A stretch of DNA of 63,899 nt from Chiloscyllium plagiosum (lineage: Eukaryota): NCBI RefSeq assembly GCF_004010195.1, contig NC_057755.1, positions 3,805,462-3,869,360 on the forward strand, in the 5' to 3' direction. Of this stretch, positions 1 to 11,139 are shown in pieces. The notes beneath the pieces were generated by a model. The model worked only from the letters and a program-made list of their open reading frames with translations. It was not told the DNA's origin and did not search any database. Made by a program: the position numbers and the translations under genes. How positions within the stretch are numbered: the stretch's first letter is position 1; each line of letters starts with the position of its first letter.

Positions 1-104
1 AGAGAAAGCACACATAATCTTGACAGGCCAATCACTGTGCATCACCTGTCTATCCACTATCTGTGTCTGGAAGAGCTTTATACATTCTGGAATATGAACA
101 TAAT

Positions 105-647
105 TGTGGGATATAGGTAAAGCACTGTTGCTTCTGCAGCCGTAATTACTTCTGCAAGGTGATGAGCTAACCTAAACCATTGTATAATTGATTCAGCCAA
201 GAACTGAGATAGCTAAAATGTGCATACAAAGATGAAACCCTAAAGAGGGAATACATAATTGCTTCTGCTATGTAATGGACTAACTTACACAACTGTATAA
301 TTGTTTCAGCAGAGAGCTGAATTAGCTAAAATGTGATTGCAAACAATGGAACATTTAGATTTAGATTACTTTACAGTGTGGAAACAGGCCCTTCAGCCCA
401 AAAAGTCCACACCAACCCGCAAACCACCCATACCCCTACATTTACCCCTTACCTAACACTACGGACAATTTAGCATGGACAGTTAATCGAGAGAGACTCA
501 ATTAAGCTGTATAAATTGTGGAGAACTTTTTGGATCAGTGTGCCTTCTTGTTAGACACCTGTCTTGCAATAACGTTTCAATAAAATTCGCCGCTTCAGAA
601 TTTGACTCACACTGAAATTTATTGATGCATGAGCTTTGTTTCTCACA
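105..647 (+). repeat. 5' LTR (interrupted by a SINE fragment, part of U3 deleted)
   Basis: TGTGGGA...TCTCACA termini. TATA-like TATAAA at ~510 and AATAAA at ~579. Matches 6831-7080 and 7338-7497. Confidence 0.92.
355..488 (-). mobile_element. HE1-type SINE 3' fragment inside the 5' LTR
   Basis: The reverse complement reads ...catgctaaattgtccgtagtgttaggtaaggggtaaatgtaggggtatgggtgg...gggctgaagggcctgtttccacactgtaaagtaatctaaatctaa, the same family as the SINE at 53220-53510. It is absent from the 3' LTR. Confidence 0.8.
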
Positions 648-650
648 ATT

Positions 651-668
651 TGGGCGCTCGTCTGGGAT
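651..668 (+). promoter_or_regulatory. Primer-binding site, tRNA-Pro type
   Basis: TGGGCGCTCGTCTGGGAT matches the canonical Pro PBS TGGGGGCTCGTCCGGGAT with 2 mismatches, 3 nt after the LTR end. Confidence 0.88.
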
Positions 669-950
669 GTCCATCATCGCCAGCAGGGTAGGCAACGTCG
701 ATAGCTGGAAAGACACGTCCTTGTTCCTTTTAGAATAGTCCTGTGTTCCTAGGCGGTGGATTCCCCTTCTGGTTGACAGATTGAGATCCAATGAGAGTCT
801 ATCTGAACCAGGCGAAAGGGTAGGCACAGGGAAACATCGAGCCAGGCAACTCTGTGCACGGACCAAGAAGGAAAATTGACTTTTAAGTACTGCCTTTGTG
901 GCTGGGATTGAGTTCTAGTAGTTAGCAAGAGGCTAACGAAGGAACTCAAT

Positions 951-1356
951 ATGGGCTGTGCCGAGGGTAAAGAACATGTCTACGGGGAAAAAAAAAGAAA
1001 ATGGAGTTGGAGGCAGGGTCCCTGACACCATACCTCCAGAAATCCCACTATTGTGGAATTGAAAAAAAAAATGTACAAGGGAAAAAGATAAGATAAAGAT
1101 GATTAAATATTGTTGCTTTGCATGGACTAAGGAATCCATTCTGCATACCGCCGTGTTCTGGCCAAAGTACGGATCTGACGATGACTGTGTTTGTAAATAT
1201 TTGAATTTATATGTAAACAGAAAACAGCCTTTCAGTCAGGAGGAATCGGATTCTGCTTCATGTCGGAAGGGCTAGTAGCTGAAGAGCTACTGAGGGTACA
1301 CTTCGTAACTAAATCATGGTCAGACATCCAGAAATAGATTCTAAAGATGGAGGGGT

Positions 1357-1357
<1 letters not shown>
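951..1357 (+). pseudogene. gag: ERV gag relic: matrix region fused to a capsid C-terminal fragment
   Basis: Starts MGCAEGK (myristoylation-type). The frameshifted segment KMIKYCCFAWTKESILHTAVFWPKYGSDDDCVCKYLNLYVNRKQPFSQEE is matrix-like. At ~1281, EELLRVHFVTKSWSDIQK*ILKMEG resembles the capsid C-terminal FVTKSWPDI motif. Confidence 0.75.

Positions 1358-1410
<53 letters not shown>
1357..1410 (+). repeat. (TG)n(AG)n compound microsatellite
   Basis: Directly visible; it marks the 5' junction of the replaced internal segment. Confidence 0.95.
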
Positions 1411-1414
<4 letters not shown>

Positions 1415-2798
1415 AAGAGCTGCACAGCTAATAGAAAGCTTAGCCCTTTGTTTGTTGGTGATTGAATGTTTGTGCTTTGTTGAGCTTGAGATCCGGGACT
1501 GTTTTGAATCTGATTTCTATTATGGAAATTTAACATGATTTCTTTTAAGGTTAAGGATTTTACAGTGATTATGAAATGAAATGTTTACTCCTGTTCTTTA
1601 ACAGGTCACGACTGTAACTAACTAATCAGTTTCTAACTAATCTCTTTTTTTCTTTACATAAAGGCCAACCTTGTTCGGTCTCAGATCAGCTTAATACGGA
1701 GGAAAACAACATTATAACTTTTTTTGTGTTTCAGACCCATTTGTTTCCACTTAATTTTAAGATTGATGTGTTTCATTGATTATTATAATGTGCTAGCCTT
1801 AGCCTTATTCAGAATGTCCCCTACCTCAATGACAGTTGAAGTTTCAGTTCAATATTGGATTGTAATAAGTCCAAAAAAGATCGTATGGTTAATATGTGTG
1901 ACCTTGGATTCGGCCATTTTTCATGCATTAAAATTTTTTTTTACTTGAATGGACAACTCCTTTTAAGGCAGCTCCGGTTATTTCGCGATTTAGAGTATTG
2001 TAATTGAGCAATGATTGGTCAGGACTGTTTAAGATAACTAATTTTGGATTTGATTTAAGGGCCTAAAACCGGGTAATTTAGTGGATTGGTACCACTCCAC
2101 TCAGTGCTCTCTCCAAAATTCAAGCAGACTTTTATCCATATCATTAGGTGTCACGAACGAGGAAAAAGGACTTCTGCCTGGCTTAAGCAGTCACTGCTGT
2201 CACCCAACATTCCAACCTTTGGAAAATAGGGACAGCCAAACATATTGAGGAGTTGGGTGGTATATCAATCAATATTTCTTTTGTAGACAAGTGAATGAGA
2301 CAAATCACCAATTTATTTCTTCTCCCCTTGCAATTTTTGATTAGCTGAAAATTCAAATCCTAAAATTAGCTTTCAGATTATGACAAGTAACATTCCAAAA
2401 TGTATAGTTAGGAATAGCCTTTAAAGATAGACAAGCATAAATTGATAAATTGATTAAGTGAGGCTAAAATGAAAATAAAGGCAAGGAGATCAACTGCAGA
2501 AGGGAAGAGAATGATGCAACAAGAATGATAACGCAGCAGAGTGTTTTTACAGTGTTTTAGTCACTTTTTGGGTTTCCACCCTGAATTACACATAATGATT
2601 ATTTGTATTATTCATTAGATATATTATTATTTATATTATTATTATTATTTATAACAAATCAATTGTATCAGCCTGTATCAATAGTAATTGGCAGGATTCC
2701 TTCACACATTCTCAGTGACCTGTCATATTGATTCATAGCTAATTTAAAATATAACTGCATTAATTCATTGTTAATTTAAAAATGGAAAGCCACATTAC

Positions 2799-4685
2799 TG
2801 GCCAGAGTGTGTGCAGACAGTGGCAGCAACAGCCTTATTGGTAGAAGAAAGTCGGAAACTTACTTTTGGGGGAGTCTTAATAGTCAGCACTCCACACCAG
2901 GTGCGGAAGATTTTAAATCAGAAAGCAGGGCGATGGCTCAGAGTCTAGGATCTTGAAATATGAGGGAATATTAATATAGCAGAATGACCTTGTGTTAGTC
3001 ACAGACAGTTGCTTAATTCCAGTTGCATTCCTGTGGCTGGGAGAGTGGGAGGCCCTTCACAATCCAGAACCACGACTGCTTGGATATTATTGAATATCAG
3101 TCGAAAGTGCGGATGGACTAAAGGGACATCTTGCTGCATGCGGGAGCTCAGTTGTTTATCGACAGGTCCTCCCGGATGATTGAGGGTAAAAGACACAATG
3201 GAAATGCTGCAGTAGATGGGATAGAGGGAAGCGTTATCGAGGCCGAAAGACTGCCTAACGGCTGGTCAGCCCAAACTTGTGAACTCTGTGCCCTAGAAAG
3301 TGCTTTCAGAGCTTTAGAAGACAAGGAAGGAACGGTGTGCACAGACTCCAAATATGCATTTGGAGTGACACACACCTTCAGAAAAAATTGGCAAGAAAGA
3401 GGACTAATAAATAGTAGAGGAAAATAACTAGTACATGAGGAATTGATAAAACAAGTGCTGAAATCCCTGTTACTCCAAAGAGAAATAGCGATAATTCATA
3501 TAAACGGACATCGGAAGGGGGATGAACCGGAAGTTAGAGGAAATAAACTGGCCCATGAGGTAGCTAAAAAAAAACAGCCCTGAATCCACAAGGAGCAGCG
3601 ATATACTCCGTTATAGCTACAATTCCAGATCTTCAGGGTGCCCCGTTGCTGACTGCAAAGGAGGAAAAGGAACTAAAAGATTTAGGGGCTGCAAAGACAT
3701 CGGATGGGCGCTGGATGTTACCCGATGGGAGGGAAATGTTGAATAAAATGATGATGCGAGAAATTCTGGCTGTCTTACGTCAGGGGAGTCACTGGGGAGT
3801 GGAAGCAATGTGTCCCAGGAGGGAGAGAACCTGGACTTAGACCATTTCAGAGCATCCAGGTAGATTAGACCGAATTATCCCGAATGGGAAGACTGAGGTA
3901 TATTCTGGTAATAGTTGATCACCTATGTGGATGGGTGGAGGTGTATCCTTCAGCCACTGCCACCGCAAGTGGGGTGTCCAAGATAGTACTTGAACACATA
4001 ATCCCCAGATACGGGATGGTGGAGTGCATAGTTTAGGATCAGGGAACAAATTTTACTTTCAGGGTGCTCCAAGTAACGATGAAGGGGTTGGGAATCTCTT
4101 CGGAGCTCCACACCCCTTGGCACCCACCTTCATCAGGAAAGGTTGAGAGAATGAACCAGACACTCAAGAGGCAGTTATCTAAATTAGTAATAGAAGCCAG
4201 ACTCCCTTGGAATAAGTGTTTACCTATAGCCCTTTCGGGAGTGCGAACGGTCCAAGGAAAGATATGGACTGTCCCCTTATGAGATATTGTTTGGCCTGCC
4301 CTATCTGAGAACGAAAGGAGAACTACCGACCTTGGAGATTAAAGATCTGTTTTTTAAGATGTATATGCTGGGTTTGTCCTCCTCTTTGCCTTTCCTCAGG
4401 AAACAGAGTTTAATGGCACAGACTCCACCCCTTGAAGTCACTGTCCATCCGATCCGATCAGGTGATTGGGTCCTCGTCAAATCATGGACAGGGACCAAAT
4501 TGCAACCAGACTGGGAGGGTCCGTACCAGGTTCTTTTGACTACTGAAACGGTGATAAGAACGGCAGAGAAAGGCTGGACTCACTGCACCTGGATTAAGCG
4601 GCCAGTGGAATCTCCGGTTGAGAGAGAAGGCTGGACAACCGAATCGACAAAAGAACCACTTAAACTCAAGCTAAAAAGACTTTAA
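2799..4685 (+). pseudogene. pol: ERV pol relic: connection domain, RNase H and integrase; protease and RT catalytic domain missing
   Basis: Connection: WPECVQTVAATALLVEESRKLTFG. RNase H: LFIDRSS..SAQTCEL..TDSKYAF..HINGH..GNKLAHEVAK. Integrase: HTPWHPPSSGKVERMNQTLK and WEGPYQVLLTT. Several stops and frameshifts. Confidence 0.92.
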
Positions 4686-4699
4686 ATAACTGATTATAC

Positions 4700-6760
4700 A
4701 GTGGCGGCGCGAACGCAGGATAGTTTCCGTGGTATTGTATGCTAAGGCTCTTGGTGCTTCAGTACCATTGTAGAATGGGGGGCGGTGGGAAGTTTAGTTC
4801 TATGATATTAGCTCTTCTAGTCCGAGGATTCTGTCAGGCCCTAGTGTGGTCGTCTTACTTAGGAATAACGGTACCAGAGAGGACAAATCCACAAGTCATA
4901 GACACGGATGCCTGCCGCCTAGTGGATTGTGGAGATATAAGAAGTCAGAGGCAATGCAGTAACTCAGAGATACCTAACGTTCTACGAAAAAGGCCACGAA
5001 ATGGGGTGGGGGGGGGGCACGGGGTGGGTTTGAATGGAAGAAAGTGTCTCGTAGAGAGGAGCATAAGGGGTATCTTTGGGATGGAAGATGTAAAGGATGG
5101 CGGAGGCAGAAAAACCGTGAAGGGGATCTTTTGATTAAAACACTTGTCACAGTACAATGGGGCCCCTTCCTGCCAGCTGTTGACAGTCCCGATAAAAATT
5201 TGTAATCCGATATGTTTAACAATACGGAAAACCTCATGGCAAAAAGCGGTTGCGGGGGGAGATACATCTCAGGCCCAATTAAACAAAACATTTGTGATAG
5301 AGATAAAAGCAGACGGGAAGGATTTCTTGGGCCGTTGCTTCAATATATAGGTAAAAGACGGAACCTCAGTAGCAGAAATGAATGGGAAAGCCCCTTAATC
5401 TGACCCTAAGGTGATAAAAAATTGTAGAGGTAAAAGACTTAAAACAGGCCATTGAAGTAGAAACAGGATATGGGGATACAAATGCCTGGGTGGAATGGGT
5501 AAAGTACACAGTGAAAAGTGTGAATTAAAGCAATTGTTATGTTTGTGTCTCTGGGAGACCAATGGCCCAAGTAGTCCCCTTTCCACTTGGTTGGAAATGA
5601 GACAGGAGGGGCATGACATGCATGATAGCCCTGTATCAGGATGAGACCGCATGGAGTAATAAAAATTGGATGCCCCTTCTATTAATGTTCCCTCCCTTAA
5701 AGAAGGAAGATTTAACCCCCACCCCGCACCATGTTTTCTGCTGTGATCGGAAATCACACATCGCATGTAAACAGACGAGGAACAAATCAGTCCAGATACT
5801 TGGGAGAGCTGAAATCGTGTACCAAAATTGAGTACATGACGGAAACGGACAAGGGAGGGAACTACTCAGCATTAATGTTTCCACGAGCGGATGGTTGGTG
5901 GTACTGCAGAGGGAAAATATTGAGACCGACCTTACCTACAGATTGGAGGGACATGTATGCGATTGTGCAATTGGCAATCCCGTTCACCCTGGCATTTGGA
6001 AAGAAAGAGATAGTAAAGAAAGGGGAACGAAGTAAGAGATCAATATTGGATACTTCTTTTGATGATCATATGCATCTAGACTCTACAGGAGTTCCAAGAG
6101 GAGTACCCGATGAGTTCAATGCTCATAACCAGATCACAGCCGGAGTTGAATCGGCTCTCTTGGTGGGTAACAGTCAACAAAAAATGTGGACTGGATAAAT
6201 TATATTTTCTATAATCAGCAAAAATTCATTAATTACACTAGAGACGCAATCAAAGGCACAGCCAAACAACTTGATACCACCAGCAGAATAGCCTGGGAGA
6301 ATAGAATGGCCTGAGATATCATCCTATTGGAAAAAGGGTGCGTGTGTGTAAGTGATGTTAGGTGGGAGCTATTGCACCTTTTTTCCAAATAACAAAGCCC
6401 CAGATGGGTTTATTACTCGGGTCCTGCAATGCCTAACAACACTGGCGGAAGAACGAGCTGAAAACTCAGGAGTCAACACGTCACTCACTAGGTGGCTAGA
6501 ATTGTGGCTTGAGAAGTGGAAGTGTTAGGTGGTTTCAGTTCATACCTCTTTGAACACAGTGGCAGGAGTACGAACCTCAATCGGATGTTGTATCATTCCT
6601 TGCACACGAGGATTAACCCAAAGGCTGATCGAAACAGCTTTGCCCTCAAAAATGCCCCTAAAGAGCAATCGGGGAGAAGGGCTCTAACTGTTGAACAATG
6701 AGGGAATATGTGATCCTGGGGAGATTTCCAAAGCAAATGAAATCTCGGGGAAGATGCTCG
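4700..6760 (+). pseudogene. env: ERV env relic (gamma-type SU/TM)
   Basis: NAWVEWVKYT..SNCYVC CXXC motif at ~5480-5550; furin site RSKR at ~6028; GVPRGVPDEF; WINYIFYNQQKFINYTRDA; ISD-like WENRMA*DIILLEKG followed by a Cys loop. Frameshifted. Confidence 0.9.
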
Positions 6761-6814
6761 CCAATTTGGAGATGACATATAAGGAAAATGCAGAAGACAA
6801 TAAAGGATCATTTT

Positions 6815-6830
6815 AAAAAATGGGAGAAAT
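6815..6830 (+). promoter_or_regulatory. Polypurine tract
   Basis: AAAAAATGGGAGAAAT lies immediately before the TG of the 3' LTR. Confidence 0.7.
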
Positions 6831-7497
6831 TGTGGGATATAGGTAAAGCAGTGTTGCTTCTGCAGCCATAATTACTTCTGCAAGTTGGTGAACTAACCTA
6901 AACCATTATATAATTGCTTCAGCCAAGAGCTGGATTAGCTAAAACGTGCATACAAAGATGCAACTATATGAAGGGAATACATAATTGATTCTACAATGTA
7001 ATGAACTAACTTACACAATTGCATAATTGTTTCAGCAAAGAACTGAATTAGCTGAAACGTGCATGAAAACAATGGAATATGTTACAGACAAATAGATAAG
7101 GAGGGAATGATCATTGAGTTATGCCAGCTCGGCATATTAACTCCACGTACGCACCAGAACGAGCCAAGTTAGCTGCAAATAAGGGATAATACAAATAAGA
7201 GTATGGGTCGCCAGGCTTACAGTATTGGGAGAAGTAAACAAGGGCGGGGCACTGCTAGGCGGGGCAGAATACAATAAGGAATAGTGATAGGTTTGACACG
7301 TAATATGATAGGCCAATGAAGTAAACGGGGAAGTACTGAGAGAGACTCAATTAAACTGTATAAATTGTGGAGTAATTTTTGGATCAATGTGCCTACTTGT
7401 TAGACACCCGGTCTTGCAAGAACGTTTTAATAAAATTCGCTGCTTCAGAATTTGACTCGGACTGAAATTTATTGATGAGTGAGCTTTGTTTCTCATA
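6831..7497 (+). repeat. 3' LTR (667 bp, full U3)
   Basis: Homologous to the 5' LTR. Has an internal ~115-bp U3 duplication, a CCAAT at ~7312, TATAAA at ~7359 and AATAAA at ~7429. Ends TCTCATA (CA>TA). Confidence 0.92.
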
Positions 7498-8044
7498 TAT
7501 TGTTACCTGATAACCGTGAGGGTTTCAGTAACTCCCACTTTGATAGCTGTGACGCCCCTTGTACTGGACAGGTGAAAGTGTGACCTCACAGTGTCAGTGT
7601 GACTTCACCGTTTACATCACAGAGAAAGAAACCTGACATCACAATCGGTTTGTAACCTGGCTTCGTCTGAGGCACAAGGCTGCACGAGGATACCCAGGGA
7701 AGGCAAGGGCACTGCACTGACTATGTCTCAGGCTGATCTGTCTGGGAGTGAGTATGATCAGAGAGAGGATCAAAACAGCTTCACTTTACACAACACAACG
7801 CTGTGGAAAGACCATAAGTGAGGTAATCAGACAGAACATGGTGAGGTTTGAAAGGTTTATCTAAAATTCTTCCTCTTGCACTGACTGAGAGTTGGCGGGG
7901 GGAATGTGAATTAATGCTCCAGAGTTTATGAAAACGGCATTTAGAGTTTATTTAAACTTGTAAGTTATACAGAACTGATTATTAACATGTGTCAGAAACT
8001 TTTATCAAAAATGTAATTCTCCGCCTCTCACCTTGCCAATCCCT

Positions 8045-9360
8045 GCATCATTGGAGAATGATACAGAGATAGGAAGAGATGTAGTTGCTGTAAGAGGTTA
8101 CAGCGATAAGGAACGGTGTATGGGCTGGAAGATGATACAGAGATAGGGAGAGTTGTGGGTAATCGAGGAGGTAACAGTAATATGGACCAATGTAGGTGAT
8201 GGAGGATGTTCCAGAAATATCGGAAATGTCAGGGATGGGAGGAGGTTGCACAGATATAGACGACAGGGGTATCTGCAATAGGTGACAGTGATAGGAAGAT
8301 GTGTAAGAGTTTGTGGAGGTTTCAGAGATAAGGGCATTTGTTGGTGTTGGAGCAGGTTGCACAGAAGGACATCGTTGCTGGATGAAATTATGGAATTAGA
8401 TAGGTTCTTGTGGTGGAGGAGAGTACAAAGATAGGAAGGTGTGTATGGAATGGAGGAGGTGATGAAGATAGGAAGCGGTGTGGGGGATGAAGTATACCAC
8501 AGAGATATGAATGATATAGATGGTTGAGATGGTTCAATATATAAGGAAGGATGTAGATGCTGGAGAATATGAGAGAGAGAGGGAAAGATGGAGGTTCCAA
8601 AGATAGAGAGAGATGTAAATGCTGGAAGAAGCTACAGAAATAGAGGAGGATGTAAGTGCTCGAGGTGTTGACAGAGATAAGGTGAGTTTATGTGCTCACT
8701 GTGTACAGAGGTAGCGTGGTGCATTGTGGCTGGATTATTTGATTTGTTTTATTGGAGTTAGGTGTACGTAAGGACAGTGAAAAGCTTTGTTTGTGAGCAG
8801 TACAGGTAGATCATAATAAACAAGGACATACAGACCATAGGGCGCTTCGACAAAGTGAAGCACAAAGTTTATATTGCCAAGGGATGCATGAAGCAAAATC
8901 AATATTAACACGAAAAGCATGATTTGAATGTAGTGAAGGAGGTGTTAGAGAAATGATGCAGGTTGGGCTGGGGTTTGTGACAAATATAGGGAAGCAGAAG
9001 AATGTACGGAGATAGAAAGTTGCAGGGACTGGACGAGGTGTAGGAGCTGGAGCAGAGACATGGAAGGGTGCAGCTGACGTCAGAGGTTATAGAGGTGGGA
9101 GGGGAGAGTTGTTGGGGCTGGAGGAGGTTACAGAGATATGGAGGGGTTTAGCTCGTGACAGAGGTCATAAAGGTGGGAGGGGAGGGGAGTAGGGGCTGTA
9201 CGAGGTTACAGAGATATGGAGGGGTGTAGCTGTGGTCGGTGGTCATGGAGGTGGGGAGGGATTGCGGGGCGGTGGAGTTTACTGAGATAGGAGGGTGTAG
9301 CTGGGGTCAGAGGTCATGAAGGTAGGAGGGCAGGGGTGGCGGGAGCCCTTGGCTCTGGAG
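8045..9360. repeat. Degenerate purine-rich minisatellite-like tract (GGAGGAGGTTACAGAGATAGGGAGG-type units)
   Basis: Many variant copies of GAGGTTACAGAGATA.GGAGG. Interrupted at ~8735-8925 by a LINE 3' tail related to 63100-63290. Confidence 0.7.
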
Positions 9361-9495
9361 AAAATTGCAGATTAATCCAGAAACTCAGCTAATGCTCGGA
9401 TTCAAATCCTTCTCATAGCAGGTTGCTGAATCTGTCCTGAATATATGCTTGGTATTCAGAATATACTGATCACTGTGAAGCCATTGTCATAAAAT

Positions 9496-10062
9496 ATAGA
9501 ACATCAAAAATTACAGCGCAGTACAGTCCCTTCAGCCCTTGCTGTTGTGCTGACCTATGAAGCCCATCTAATCTACATCTATTCCGTTTTCATGCATCTG
9601 TTTATCCAATAATCAATTAAATGCCCTTAAAGTTGGCGAGTCTACTACTGTTGCAGGCAGGGCGTTCCACGCCCCTACTACTCTCTGAGTTAACCAACTA
9701 TCTCTGGCATCTGTCCTGCATCTGTCACCCTTCAATTGAAAGCTATGTTCCCTCATGCTAGTCATCATCATCTGAGGAAAAAGGCTCTCACTGTCCACCC
9801 TATTTAATTCTCTGATTATCTTTTCTGTCTTAATTAAGTCACTTCTCAACCTTCTTCTTTCCAACAAAAACAGCCTCAAGTCCCTTAGCGTTTCCTGATA
9901 AGACATTCCCTCTATACCAGGTAACATCCAAGCCAATCTTCTGCAAACACTTATCAATCTTCCACATCCCTCCTATAATGCGGTGACCAGAACTGTATGC
10001 AATACTCCAAGTGTGGCCGCACAAGAGTTATGTACAGCTGCAGCATTACTTTGTGGTTCCGA
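9496..10062 (-). mobile_element. CR1 LINE 3' fragment
   Basis: The minus-strand ORF MLPGIEGMSYQETLRDLRLFLLERRRLRSDLIK...TQRVVGAWNALP is the CR1 ORF2 C-terminus. Confidence 0.88.
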
Positions 10063-10069
10063 AATTCAA

Positions 10070-11030
10070 CCCGTGTGCTGCGGCTAGATCATTAAGGGGT
10101 TCCATTCTCTTTCATGTTTACCACTGGTCTGGGTTTTCCCTTATATTTCTCTGTCCCTCATCACATTATCCTGTGGGTCAGGTGGAATGTACTCATTTTA
10201 ATGAGGAAGGACCCAACTCTGGTAACTGTATCTATGATGTTGTGATTATAATTGGCACTAATCTGTGGTGAATGTTATTGAACATCTGGAGATGTTCTCA
10301 TTGGAAGTTCTCATCGAGAACAGTATCTGGGTGTGAGCGGAAATGAAAGTGAGTCCCCTTTCTGCTGCTGCCTACCAGCTGGATGGCTGCCAATGGGTGT
10401 TGGTGTGTCATGTGACCTTCAGCTGGTTTACGCTGGGTAACCACAGAATTCATCGGATCAGGTTTGGGCTGTGCATCGGGGGACTGAATTCGAAAGGTGT
10501 CGTAAGCTGGGAGAAAGGCAGTGTGTGCTCCCCATCTGTGGGCGGGTGTCGATGTGTCTGTGTGGGGCCTCTCACTATTTCCCTGGGTAGGTAGGACCCC
10601 AGAGGCCTACATTATCCCATTCTGGGAGATAGCTGGCTCTCTAGGAATTGTATTTGGTCCTGGTCCTTCCTACTAGGGCCTAATGTGCTTTGCTCAGTGT
10701 TGCAGGCAGACAGGACACATGCAGCTGCTTGGAGCTTCCTGCACTCTCCTCCAACTTGTCACTGTATCTTGAGGCTGCTTCTCGGTCCCCAGTGTCCCTC
10801 CTCTCACTGGGATTGGCTCTTTCCAATTGGAACTGGAGCTGTTCCGTGTGGGGGACGTTTTCATGCAACGTTCTGACCTGTTCCTTGTGTAAGAGCTCTC
10901 GCCCTGTCGCAGTCTGTAGTTTTTCCTGGAGTGAATGAATCTCACCTGTCTTATCCTGATCGAGCTCCTCCAGGATATAGACAGCAGCAGCAGAATACGA
11001 TGTTCTACAGGACGAATCGATAAAGAGATT
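10070..11030 (-). mobile_element. Possible decayed LTR-element gag N-terminal fragment
   Basis: A minus-strand coiled-coil-like reading (EELDQDKTGEIHSLQEKLQTATGRELLHKEQVRTL) is followed by a Pro-rich stretch and PMNSVVTQRK. No diagnostic motif. Confidence 0.3.
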
Positions 11031-11139
11031 CTAATTTAAATGGGGAGATGTTGTAGGAATTTCAGAGTGTTTGTGTGTAACATTTGCAGTCCCCTGCAGA
11101 GGGCCTCATACAGTGACTCTATGTGTGTGTGTGTGTTGC

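Larger units (their letters stand above)
105..7497 (+). mobile_element. Defective class I (gamma/epsilon-like) endogenous retrovirus, provirus with two LTRs
   Basis: Direct repeats start TGTGGGATATAGGTAAAGC at 105 and 6831. A PBS follows the 5' LTR and a purine-rich tract precedes the 3' LTR. gag, RNase H/integrase and env relics occur in order. Flanks TAAT/TATT may be a degenerate 4-bp TSD. Confidence 0.95.

Noticed and set aside
7780..7846. Possible first exon ending ATG|GTGAGG just downstream of the 3' LTR
   Set aside because: Only a donor-like motif; no supporting downstream exon or protein similarity.
8045..9360. Repeat array as CRISPR-like or coding repeat
   Set aside because: Eukaryotic context; irregular degenerate units without unique spacers.
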